Positions 9,102 to 21,600 of a DNA stretch of 36,719 nt are shown piece by piece (the first letter of the stretch is position 1; every line of letters starts with the position of its first letter). The position numbers and the translations under genes are program-made. The stretch covers positions 62,001 through 98,719 of the forward strand of contig KZ538231.1 of assembly GCA_000934665.2 (NCBI GenBank), read 5' to 3'. Source of the DNA: Catajapyx aquilonaris (lineage: Eukaryota). The notes under the pieces are model-generated. The model searched no databases and was not told the origin of the DNA. It saw only the letters and a program-made list of their open reading frames with translations.

Positions 9102-12100
9102 GCGTTTTTGGTACAATGTCAGCAGGATGGCCTACTCTTCCTTAGTCAGTTTAAATTGGCGCCGAAACCTGATTGTGTAGTAGAAAATTTGCCTACATCC
9201 AACGTCTGCTCCAGGGGGAAACCTAGTCGGAAGCAAGTCACCAAGAAGGAGAGAGAGGTCCTCAGAAATATTCTCCAGCAAATGCTTTCGCTTCAGGTCA
9301 GAGTTTCAGACTCTTATACTGCTACAAGCCCTCCAGAAAGGATCGGAAACCATCCTCAGTCGCTATATATGTGCAGTTAGAGATGGAGGAAAGTGGGAGG
9401 GGGGGATGCTGGAAATAGGCAAAAGAAGAACAGGAAGAAGGTATATGCGGTATGCAGCTGGGATGGAGAGTGGAAAAGGGGGTAGACTGGGGAGGGGAGG
9501 AGGCTGGCGGGAAGGAGTGGTAAAAGTATCCCTAAAGATCTTCAGCAGTCAATCCCAATCCCCCAAGGCGACAGGGTTTCTCCATCTTTGCTGCCCTTCT
9601 CTGTATCTACATTTCTTTCTTTTTTTTACTTCCATTTCCTCTTCGTTTTGTCTATACAGCCTTGCTTACCTCGACGAACTTTCTCGACCCTGTATCCTTT
9701 CAGGTGATCAATAATTTACTGTCCACTTCCCATTGGAATGAAATTCGTAGCATATAGTACAGATATAGTAAATACGAGAGTGTAGTTGATTCACAAAATG
9801 TAAGCATGTCGTACTTGTCCTTCAGGTAAGTGTATTTACGCTATTTGTCTGCATTTTTTTACAATTTTGTTGCGACTGATTTACGCTATTTTTGTAACAC
9901 TGTGAGTAACAATCAAGTGAATAATTTGTGGCTTCACCTGCAAGTAATTGCGCTTATTCACGTTGACATATTTTATTGCACTGCACCAGGTCTATTTTTA
10001 GCTCATAGTGGTTATAACATTTTACCAGCATTTATTAACGATTTCTGCACCTGTGCAATTAGAGCATGCAAATTAATGCATGGCGCATAGGGTGAGCCTT
10101 CAAAGGATGGTTGCTGCAGGTGTTGAACACCTTTGAATGCGGCCAACACGCGGTGAGAGCTGTACGAGCGCTAAGTGCTCATTCGCAAAGTATTTTCTAG
10201 GAACTTAATAAGGCAAGAAATTACTAAGAAAGAGAGGAACTGGCGCCTCATCACGTGAGAGGCCAGCCAGGGAAAAGGAGAGGAACTCGTTCGGCACTGT
10301 TATTATTGTTTTGTGTTCATGGTAATGACACGGTTGGATCCTCTCCATACCTGGACATGCTGACAAATCGTCACCAATAGGACGGCGGGACTGGATTAGC
10401 TGATAACGAGTGGAAGAAAACCATTTTTCCTTTCCTCCTCAAGCTTTTCACTCGAGACTCTAACAGAACGTGACTCAAGACAGCCGAGATGTGCATCATT
10501 AAAGTTATCAAGTCTGAAAAGAAAAGAACCTCCCAGAGAGAGACGTGCTGCAAAAATAAAAAAGAACGAGTAGTAACGTGTGCTTGTGCCTTCAGATTCT
10601 CATAACTTCAAAGTTGCTAAGGGAAATAGTCCTACTGAATTATAAGAGGGTTCGTCATCTTCCTTTTTTTCTGTCTCTCTTCCTGGCCGCTTAAAGGTCA
10701 AACCCAGAGCGCATATATGTAACTGGGGGAAACAATTTTGTATGCAAATGTTATGCACTTCAGGGGGGACATTATGGCTGTGCTCGTATCGATACATCAA
10801 GAGTCTTGGTGCCGAATTTAAGCTCCCTTATAATACTGCGCACATGTGTCGATATGTATCTTTGCTATTTTCTGGATCGTTCACATTGTCTGAATAACGA
10901 ACGAAGTCTTTGCTCTCTCATGTGACGCATCAGTCTGCTCATATTATGCTTCTGCTGTCTAAAATGGAATACATTGCAACATATTTGCATTAGCCATCCG
11001 CCGAGATAAGCAAACATTGCAATGAACCCCTCCCCCAATCAATGGCCCGCTTCTCAAATCAAGTGAACTCCTGATTTGAATACAACTTGAATCAAAGAGC
11101 TTCCGTCGTGTTTCACGAATGTTAGGATAAGTGCAATGAGTCAGCTTTTAATTTTGTAGTAAGGACAGGCCTTTCATTTTTTTTCTCTCCCCCTCTTCTA
11201 CTGGTGTTGTATTGAAGTGAAAGCATCTTTTGTAAGGCGGCTGCGTTGCGGGGGCAATTAAATTGGCGGGCTAATTAACTGCGGGATGGTGAAAATTTTA
11301 TGGGCGAAAGAAGGAAAGGTTTCGGGGGGAAATGGGGAGCCAAAAGAAAGGCGGCGGGAATGCGGTCGGTTGTGTCTAAATGGCATCACTCACGTCAAGG
11401 ATCGAAGGCGCAATTTCCATCCCGACGCGAATTATGACTTTAATTACGTCTTAAGCTCCCCTGCTGGAAATGCGTTTAAAACTGAGTGTAATTAACAAAT
11501 TATTCACGCACTTGGGCTCTCCGTAGCCATTTGCGTGACAAGATGAGTTATGATGATCTGGCATAATGGCCTGCCTTTTTACACCCGTTCTTTTGAATTA
11601 GAAATATCACAGGGGAAGCCATTTGCATACGGGTCCGGCTAACTCATCCAAGGAGAGGAGAGCTTTGGGCCTAATTGGAATGGTAGCCGCTCTTCCCCAT
11701 CGAATCCCCCCCTTACCCAAATACCATTTTTTACCCTGGGTATAGGCGACTCCGGATGAAGGTGACACTTATACACCCAGCCCATTCCCATCCCCTTCTA
11801 TACCATATTTTATTATTCACGGGACAGGCACTTGATATAAATTCCGTCCTCACGATCCGACGATGAAATTAAAATAATCGTCCATCTTGGTCCTCCTCAA
11901 CTACCAGTAAGGCCCATAAAGAGTAAGACTAGATAGGCTCTAGGGCTGCACTTGGGCCGTGCATAATTACTAAATTATTCCGGGGAGTTTAAGAGTGAAT
12001 TTATGTTTCGGGTGACAAGTGGGCAACATGATCCGGTTAAGTACTAGACCTATTGTTTTGCTTCAAGACAGAATAATTGGCGAGAAAGAGAGAGGATGGG

Positions 12101-13160
12101 GGCTGGGCTCGAAACAAAATCCGCTTATCGAAACAGGTTCTAATGTATGGAATTAACTTCACACTGGATTCGCCATGCAGCACCTACCTGTGAAATATGC
12201 TCGAGAGTGTATGTCCAGGCGATTACTCAAACACCGTACCCACGCGATGGTGTTTTTAAAATTTAGGTTTGATTGCACATCCGCATACAAAATTGCTGAT
12301 ATTGGTTTGTGATTCTCACCTGATATCTTGGGCCAAAACGGTGCCGGAGTCAGTAGATTTCAGCAGGTCAAGCGTGATTACAAAGGCCGTTGAACCCCCA
12401 GCCTTGACAGAAATTATCGATAGTGAGCGTGATTTACACCGGCGAAGCACTAATCTAGGCCTCTATCTCTCCCGATTAATTTGCTTTTCACTGATACATA
12501 ATTTCCACTCTCATTTTTCACCCCGGGGGCCATGTTCTTAATGGGAACGGGATACATTTAAATAACATGGAGACAGATTGCGCGTCAAAATAAATGTGTG
12601 CCAGGAAGGTGAAATTACACCCAAACGCGACTGGGAAGAAACACCTGTGCAAAGGATCCGAGAGCGTGGGAAGAAGCGACAATGGCACCTCCCTTTATTC
12701 CAAAAGAATCCGTCTCCTTAGGGATGTTTCCCCTGAGAATCTCACATGGCTTCATTTGTCCCAGCAGGCTGATATGGAAGTGGGGACCGGAGGAGGAAGA
12801 TGGGAGTGAAGCAAGGGGGTGGTAGGAGACGACGACACAACTGACAACTCCGTCTTCCTCAAAGGAAAACTAAACCAATTGGTATGGAAAAACTTGCAAG
12901 TCTATTCTCCGCGACAACTTTTCTTCTGCCCCCTTCTCTCCTTCTTCTTCTGCTTGCTTCCTCTTCATCCTCTCTCAAATCCGTCTTCTTCGCTCAGTTT
13001 TCTTGGGAGGGGCGCGAATAAAGGCACTGCTGCATCTAGATCTTGCCTTGCCGGCTCGTCTATTCACTCAACTCATCAGTGCTTTGATTGGATCCTATGG
13101 ATTCAGACTAGAGCACTATCCATCCCTGTTACACATTTTTCAATGGATGAACAGCATATA

Positions 13161-13462
13161 CGGTATACGGACTTTTAGCCCCCGCCGTTTCGCCCCCGGA
13201 CTTCTAGCCCCCGGAATATTGGCCCCCATGGCATATTCCACTTTGTCCGGGAGGCGCAGAGAACATGTATGACATGATGTGAGGAGCGAGCCTTGCTTTA
13301 AACGTAACATTACCAGAGACAGTAATGTCTCATGAAAACCTGCTGAAAATTTGTCCCCAAAAAATTCGACGATTGTTTCACGAATGAGCCACGTCGCCCA
13401 AAAGCATCGCAGTTTCAGCGAAAGTGCTGCAGCTGTGAGAGGGATTCGGGGCAAAAGTATAT
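13161..13462. mobile_element. Probable degenerate MITE with subterminal tandem ~15-bp GCCCCC repeats
   Basis: Four tandem units resembling GACTTNTAGCCCCCG at 13169-13227. One inverted unit CGGGGCAAAAGT at about 13447-13458. Confidence 0.45.
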
Positions 13463-16123
13463 GCAAATAATAATCAACGTTCGAATATTTGACCTTGCCA
13501 GGCGTGAAATAGCGAGGCCATAAAACAGGGCTTCATGACGAAGTTAGACGGGGGCAATTAGCTCAGGTGCTTTCCTCCCCCCCCTGTCTTATATATACCC
13601 CTCCTCTTCCTTTCCTGCATCCCACACCGCCCTTCATCTCATGCAGATATATCTTCTTTGTTCATTTTGTCCTCAGGGGAACAGCATGAGGCCCTAAAAC
13701 TTACCCAGCGATGAAGAAAAACTTACCCACAATTAACAGACCCCTGTAATTAAGCCATTACTTAATGACTGCGCGACTCCACATAAATCAAACGCATCTT
13801 TCCCCATTACGTGCCCAAATTATACGGGCAGTTGTTGCAATTAGGCAAATCACGCAAACTTTTGTGCAAAAATATTTTGCGTGTGTATAACCTCCCATGC
13901 CCATGATATATTTTTTTTCAAACATTATGTTCGAATACCGTCTGTCGCACATCCGGCGCATAAATCTATGTGTGCAACTGCATTAAGTTCATTAGCAGAC
14001 ATTTGTGCTGTTTACCACATGTTTTTCCCTCGTCCCAGAAGGGCAATGAAAGGCTCTGATGAGCTATCAGGCGCCATCGACCCTATATATGGTTACAAAG
14101 TGCTTGCTAGGGGAGTAGCTCCACTTTCATGTAACCTGACATTAGAGGTGTATAGTTGCAGTCTGAATTAATTAATTATTTTATTTTTTCTATTCCAGGA
14201 ATTGGACCCATATTTTCAGGTATATTGGGGTCCAGTGCAATAGTTGATTAACCACAGAGATGACCCCCGCATCCTACACTTCCTGCTCATTTTCCACTCT
14301 GGCAACGCCCCTTTCCGCATCTCCTCTCTTCTCATATTCACCCATTCAGAATGATTAAGTCAATAACGAAGGGCATTATGTTGTCTGCGGCACATACTAT
14401 TCCTTAATGGATCTCATTTATTACCGCATCGATCATTTCCTGCAAATTACAGGGCCTGGGCGCCATCGAATTTGCCACGTAATTGCGCTAACAACCTGAG
14501 ACCTGAGAATGCCAGAAATTGCTTCATAACTACATGCACTTGTTCGGCCGATAGGGACCTGGGCGTGCAACATGGGGAGAACCACCAGAAGAAAACAGCT
14601 CTTTCGGGAGGCTGCCCTGCAGGGACATGTTTCAACACAACCAGATAGCCAGCATCAAGTTAGACAATGATTCTATCTCTATATCCGCCGAACCTGTTTG
14701 TATCTGATAAATTTTTGTGGATAGTGTATGCTAGGGTTTGGTGACGTCAGATGACATGGGGGGACGGGGGGGGGGGGTATATAAAAAAGTGAAGTTGCGT
14801 GTTCGCGTGAGGTTTGGGATTTGGGTGGGCCAGACAAGTGCAAGGAGTCAAATTGCCCTTCATTGGAGCCCCGACATCTATCACTTTGTTCATTTTTATA
14901 TACCGGGCGTCAGAAGACAATACGAGGATGCGCTTTTCCCATAGATGCCGTTCGGACAAATAACATTGTGTGCAAAATGTCGATATCAAAATATCAAGGA
15001 AGTAGTAATTTTTTTTCACATAACGTCATACTTCCAAAGCTGGTAGAGCACCTGGCGATTATCCAAAACTCAATGGCATTCCTGCATCATTGGACGTGAA
15101 ATTACCCGGCGGTGCAACATACTTCCAGCGCACTCCCACCTCCTGCCGAGTAACATGTTATTTCAAATAGCAGGTTCTGGGTAGGTAATCATGACAAAAA
15201 AAGAGGCCCATCTCCAACCCACTCCATGGCAACCTTTCTGTCAAATCCTTTCGCAGTGTATGGGTCATGTACTGTATTGATCACAATATTTGCACTGTAT
15301 AAGATTGGGGTACTGGATACAGTCCAAACAGCATCAACGCAAATGTGTCACTTGCATTAGATGTTTCACTGGTGAGTCGCGAGAGTGCGTGTACGACTCA
15401 AATATTTCCTTTGCATTATGATTTATGCCAGTTCAAGTTACCCTTTGAAAGATGCCGCTACACGTGTGTCTTCATATATTACAGCAGCCTTATCTGTTGC
15501 ACCGAATACAGGTTGTCATCGAAGGTCATGTGTCCTGTAAGTCAACACTCCCACACACTCGGATTAATTATTCTACTTTTAATATTCAAAAAGTGACTTC
15601 AGTAATGTAAAGTGGTCGTAAACATCCGGCAATGCCCTTCATTTCTGTGCGAAGGTGCAAAAGGGTACGGCGTGAAAAGTAAGGCACAGGTATAAGGAAC
15701 CCCCTGGGGTTGGTCAAGTGGGTCATTTGCATGTCCCGACCAAAAAAGGGTTGGTCTTAAAATATATATCGGCTAGGCTGTGACACGGGGCCGGCCCAAC
15801 CGGTTCCTAATGCGCTAATAAATCTGCTGTCGCCGGCGTGAAACTAACCAGCCTTCTTTAACCTTTATCGCTCCGGTTTGTGGAGGCCCCCTCGTAACAC
15901 AGCTTACTACACTCTCCCCATCTTCCCTCCCTTATACTTGCAATCATCTCGTCTCATGCCCGACAGACCCATGTCTTGACCTATCTGGGCACCTAACCCC
16001 ACGCCTTCCTTCAAACTGTCTCGCCCGCTTCTTTGTTGATACAGTTACTTCAGAAGATAAACTGACACGACATCCCAGGTATTATTTGGCAGAATTTTCT
16101 GTCATATTCCAGAAAACTTGCTC

Positions 16124-16304
16124 AGGTTAGGTTAGGTTAGGTTAGGTTAGATTAAGTTGGGTTAGAATATATTAGAATAGGTTAGATTAGGTTAGAATAG
16201 GTTAGATTAGGTTAGATTAGGTTAGATTAGGTTAGGTTAGGTTAAAATTTTGGTTGGAATATGTTAGATTAGGTTAGGTTAGGTTAGATTAGGTTAGATT
16301 AGGT
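16124..16304 (+). repeat. Degenerate (TTAGG/TTAGA)n pentamer array, arthropod telomere-like motif at an interstitial site
   Basis: About 180 bp of TTAGG units interspersed with TTAGA/ATAGG variants. Confidence 0.9.
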
Positions 16305-18330
16305 GACGAATATGCAGGTTGTTCAGGTGGTGCTGACTGTGTAGTGGGCGTGTAATTAGATTCAATGAAACATGTCGGACAGACCTTGAAAATGAGTAAT
16401 CTAGTTGACAAGAGGGGAGTTGGTGAAGTGGGGGGATTAGCATGTGGAGGCTAGAGCGTGACATGAGGCCCTTGCAGCCAGCAGAAACCGGTGGCCGATT
16501 CTGTCCAGTCAGGCCAAAAACGGTTTCAAGGGTGTTATGCCAGGTCCAATTAGCAGCTGCAAGAGCGAGAGAGGAAAGAGACAGAGGGTAAAAAGAGAGA
16601 CAAGGCACCAGGGGCAGGGCTCCAGAAACAAAGAGCTTGCATGGAGATAGCTCTCTCTCTCTCTCTCCCTACGCTCTATTCGTGTGCAAATCAGCTCAAA
16701 GACAAAAGCCCTTTGGAAAGCCCTGCAGGACCCAACCGGCGGGGGATACTTAATTCCCGGTTTACATACCCAATTTTATGCCGCTTCCTTTGAACGCACA
16801 GGAAGTGGGCATTGAGAGGGCCTGGAGAGAGAGAGAGAGAGAAAGAGCTGGCTTTTACCATCATGAAGCTTCAGAGCTCGAATCAGCCACAATCGAACAC
16901 TGGGTGCACCAAGTCTCATCAGCCAGGATCATCAGTCCGAATCAATTTTTTGCGTACTTACATTATGATTGATTCGATCCAGTAGCCTCAATTTTTCTAC
17001 AGAAAGACTGACCACTGAAGCATTACCACTCATTAGCGACCAGCTTGAGCATATGAGTTGGCAATACATGCACGTTCTCTGAGGGTTTTGTCCGAGAGTG
17101 TAATCTGGGTGACAAAACAGGCTGTTAGTGAATGCGTCGGCTATTAACATATTGAATAGTTGGTTTGTCATAAGCAGGGGGCAGAAGGCGAGGGGGGTCC
17201 TCTTTTGTTTTTTTGCATACCCCCTCCCCCTCTATACGCTCCATAGTCTGCAATGTCAGACCGGACTACTCCAGCCTGCAGCCCTGATGCTTTTCTCCTC
17301 CCCACCTCATTAATAACAAGCCAGACTTGCATTTTTTTCACTCTTTTTTGAGCAAACAAAAGCCTGGCCGGACCCTACCCATCTCTCTAAGCCCAGTCCT
17401 CTCTTTGTCCACTCCTCTTTATCACGCCTCCAGGACTCCATTATCACCTCTCGCACGACATCTCTTCACCCCTTACTCAACTACCCCCGCCCCCCCTCTC
17501 TCCCTATCCAGCACAGTACTTGCCCATCGTCACCTGGATGCCTGCTTTCTCGCCTCATTTGCAACTTGTCGCCTCAAAAAAGTACACAACTTTTCAAAAA
17601 GAGAGAGACCAGGTAGAGGAAAAAGTCGCTGGGATTTTTCCTGGAATAATATGACAGTGTCTCAGTCGCTAATGGACTCAGTGCATGCATAAATAATATA
17701 AGGTGCGTGACTACTTGACTGGATATGTCGCTTGGACGATATTCAGAAATTTTGTCACAGCTACCAGTAACAGCGATTTGTAGCGTTCTCAGAATTCACT
17801 GCTATTAGTTGACCACCATGTGTGTTAAAAAAATTGTCTGGATATTCCGCATGCCAAAAGTAGGGTCAAACATGTATCAAAATTCTAGAAAAAAAAGGAG
17901 GCCGTTCCAATAGTCACATAGTGATTCCCAGCAAGAAAGTGATCAATGGTGGAGAAAGTGGCATTTGCGGAGACACGTCACTCAATTTGAGACACAGCTA
18001 CCCGCCGCCACCTGAATATTTATTGGCATGTTGGAGACAAAACGCGGCCTGTCCATCCAGGCGCCAACTTGGGGGCTTTTTCGGTGTTTTTTTGTGATGG
18101 TTGGTGGTTTTTGCAGAAGGCATCGGTGGGGGAGGGAAAAGGAAGGGTGAGGAAGGGGGTAATATGGAGGAGGGACATGTAAGCACGCAACTGTCGTGGA
18201 TGACGTTAAATGCCCTTTTCTGACAGTGGGTTTCGCATTTTCTACAGCAAAGCTATAAACAAATAGTACTTGAGTCATAGATATACCTGATACCAGGCCA
18301 AATCAAAAAAATGGGAGAATTAAGACTAAA

Positions 18331-18642
18331 GGGCCAGTTTACACGAGGCCGATGATAGTCTTACGCATGGTCTTAGAATACTAAGGTCTGGACACTCCCT
18401 CTTACACTCGCCATGAGACATTTCACTGCACTGTTATGTGGCGACCCTACCGGACTATAGTCCGGTAGGGTCGCCACATAACAGTGCAGTGAGCACCTCA
18501 TGCAAAACGCCCCGGCAGGCGTTCAGATAAGATTGTAGGGGAAATGTCCAGGGGCTGGTCTTACGTAAACGAGGCCCGGCAATCAGCGTCAACGCTCATT
18601 GCCGGTCTGCATTTGCCAGCAGCGGCCTCATGTAAACGGGGA
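18331..18642. mobile_element. Harbinger-like fold-back MITE containing a perfect 70-bp palindrome
   Basis: Left end GGGCCAGTTTACACGAGGCCGATG has inverted matches ending at 18577 (GTAAACGAGGCCC) and about 18641 (GCGGCCTCATGTAAACGGG). The right boundary is ambiguous. Confidence 0.6.
18423..18492. repeat. Perfect spacer-less palindrome, 2 x 35 bp
   Basis: TCACTGCACTGTTATGTGGCGACCCTACCGGACTA|TAGTCCGGTAGGGTCGCCACATAACAGTGCAGTGA, checked base by base. Confidence 0.98.
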
Positions 18643-21600
18643 TGCACTTTTGGCAAAGTTGACACGCTCAGCTTTATTGTAACTATGGCTCAGTTGCAGT
18701 ATGTCATAAATTTAACTTCGAATCTTTTTAATGCAACACTGTGTCTGTAGATAATCTATATGGCACTAGAAAATGTAGGTGTTTGAAGAAGTGAGTGGGT
18801 ATAGGAAGAAAGTTGTGTTATCGAAGGTTGGTAGGGTGGAATCTGAGGGACATAAATAAATAGGGAAGAAGAGGAAGGGGGCAAAAGTGTGCTGAGGGAA
18901 TTGGTGTCCCTTCCGAGGAAGAGAAAAAAAGATTATTCCTAATTTGCAGATAGGGAGAACTGTCCCGGCTCCAAACTTATTTCCTTAAATGGGCGTTTTT
19001 GGACGACAGCCACATAGTTCGGGGATTTAGTGGTGACAAGCTAGAATTAGTTGCAACATTATATCAAGGAAGCGGCCGTTATGGTACATAAAATGGAGGG
19101 ATCTGCACCGTTTTCGCCAACTGTGATATACTCGGCGAGATGCTTTTTGGCTGCACGAGTTTTTGACGGGGAGGGATGGGAGGAAAAGGGGAGGGAGGGC
19201 TGGAAACTGAGAGAATAGGAAGGGGGAAAAAATGGGGGAAAGCAGACGAAACATTCGTAACTACTGCTAGGATACCTTCTCTCCACAGACTCCATGCCAC
19301 GTTATTATGTTAATAAGTTCTTCAAACTTTGCGCACTGCATTACTGCTCCTCACGGAAAAGCAGGATCGCAAGTTTAATTGTGTAATTATAGGAGAAGTT
19401 GTTGGCAACAAATTCTGTAATTTATTTGGAGGATAAATCCTCCAGACACGTTTGTACTAATTTGCTTTGCTTCGGATGCAGGAACAATAAAAGAGAGTTA
19501 AGTTTCAAGTTTGTATATATACGCTCCTGTTAATGGAACTAGGGTCACTGACGTTTCATTGTTAGTATCTCTGTCGACATAAAATTGTCGACATAGTTCA
19601 CATGATATCATTTTTCAAAAGAAAGAAACAATCAAACCGCCGCCAAAGTTACCCACTCAGGCCTTTACGTATAATGCTAAGTAAAAAAAGGACGCCATTA
19701 GAAGTCACAAATTTTGGTCTAAGGCACATACATGTAACTTGAAAGTGCTATCATACGTTACGAAGCAACAGTGACAAACACTTCATGATTTTATAGACGC
19801 CTCAGGGGCAACAAGGGCGTGAAATATATATATTTTTGTCAAAATTCACTTTTGCAATCGGAAAGCTGGGGCTGGCCCCCATGCTTTTCCTTCTATTCAT
19901 TTCCGATGGCTTTACGTCACTTCCAAGTGTTCCTTTTTTGGCCTGCTAAAAGGCTGGCATGCACTTCAGCCAATCGTCTCCTCGCCAATTTATTGACGCA
20001 GTTCTGAATGGCCGCCACTTTTTTGGCTTTCATTACATCTTCCAACGTTTTCTCAAACCCAATCACGCATAAGTCCTCTTTATGTTTAACTGTAGCTACA
20101 GCATTGTTGAACCCTTACATATATATTTTTATATTATAAGAATAAATCATAGATCTTCAAAAGGCGTCCGAAGTGTATTAGGAATATTGGAAGATTGGGT
20201 GATCTCATGAGAGGAGGTATGGTCACCGAAGCAGAAGAGTCTTTGGGGCGTCTGGTTTGTGATTGGAGGAGTGAGGTCACGGGAGCAGGCCCCGGAGGCT
20301 TCCTAGCCCCGGATATGGGTCTGAGGCTGCTGCCTAATCGTCATTCCCCGCGACGCATACGTTTCTGCTAGGCCAACCTTTTGACTTTGGCCGCCCGACT
20401 GTGAAATAATCATAAAGAGCCGACTCGAGGCCCAACTGAGCAATTTCATCTCCTCCTCTCCACTGCTGCCATCTGGCTCTGACACGAAGCCCTCCCCTTC
20501 TTCTCTTGCACACACAACCCTATAGACCCAACCCCGATTCCGCAACCCCCTTAAGCTGCTGACAGATCCTCTTCTGCCTCACCTCACGCCTGCTGGGGGG
20601 GGGGGAGGTTNCCCCCCCCTCCTTCTTCTTCCTGAGAGTCACACCACCCCCATTCCAGCATCCTCCAATTTAATTGCCACCACCTTAAGACATGTCAACC
20701 GCATCTTTAGTTGGTTGCCAGTGACCCCGAGGTCTGTCAAGTGTGTGGAATATTTTTTGGGAGATTGGAGTTAGGGCCAGTTCCGGAGAACAAATTAAGG
20801 CATCTGACACTGTCTTTTTCCTCCCCCTTAAGTAGGCTGGAGGAGGAGAAAAGGCGGAAGGGGAGAAATGTAGATTCTTCTTTGTGCCCAAGAATTTTCA
20901 TCATCGTTTTTTTTTCTACGGTAGAAGATGAGGTGGGGGCGGTGGAGGTTCTCTAAATTTAATAACAGCTTGAAAAGATTGCAATTTTTTTTCTGGCTAT
21001 ATATGCTGGGGTATGTGAAGGGGGAGGATCTTAAAAGGTAAAAGTGGGTAGTCGAGGGGTGGGTGATGCTCCAACATTCGTTGTTGGATTTAATTAAGAA
21101 ATCATGTTATTGTCGCGAGGACTTTAATACCCTTCCCTTCATTACTCTTTATGCCTTGTCAAGCGATTGATACCATACGACAATGCATGTTGGTTTAATG
21201 AAATACATCATTTGGGCTCATGAATTTACCATGTCAACATGGCGTGAATTCAGTTTTGTGACTAAATAATGGAGAAACTTATTCTTGCTTGGAATATTAG
21301 CAACTGACATGTCTGCCATGATGTGACTTTGTCATTTAAAATATTCGGGGGATAACCGTATAAGGCACTACTCGTGACATTTGTCACTAATATGTTATGT
21401 ACTATGGGGTTCAAATTGTTTTGGCCACTTTATCCTTGTCTTGAAGCAACCCTTCACACACAGACACACGTACCTCCTCACCGTGGGACCTGTGTGAATG
21501 ACTGAAGGGTTGCTTCAAGACCAGGATAAAGTGGCCAAAACAATTTGAGCCCCATAGTATACATAGCGGAACCCAACTCTTGGTGTGTATTTCCTTACCA

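Noticed and set aside
14827..14843. miR-92-like sequence (minus strand TTGCACTTGTCTGGCCC)
   Set aside because: The seed is broken (CTTGCAC rather than ATTGCAC), the 3' part differs, and I see no convincing precursor hairpin.
17700..17880. Weak inverted similarity suggesting an old MITE
   Set aside because: The match is too degenerate to define termini.
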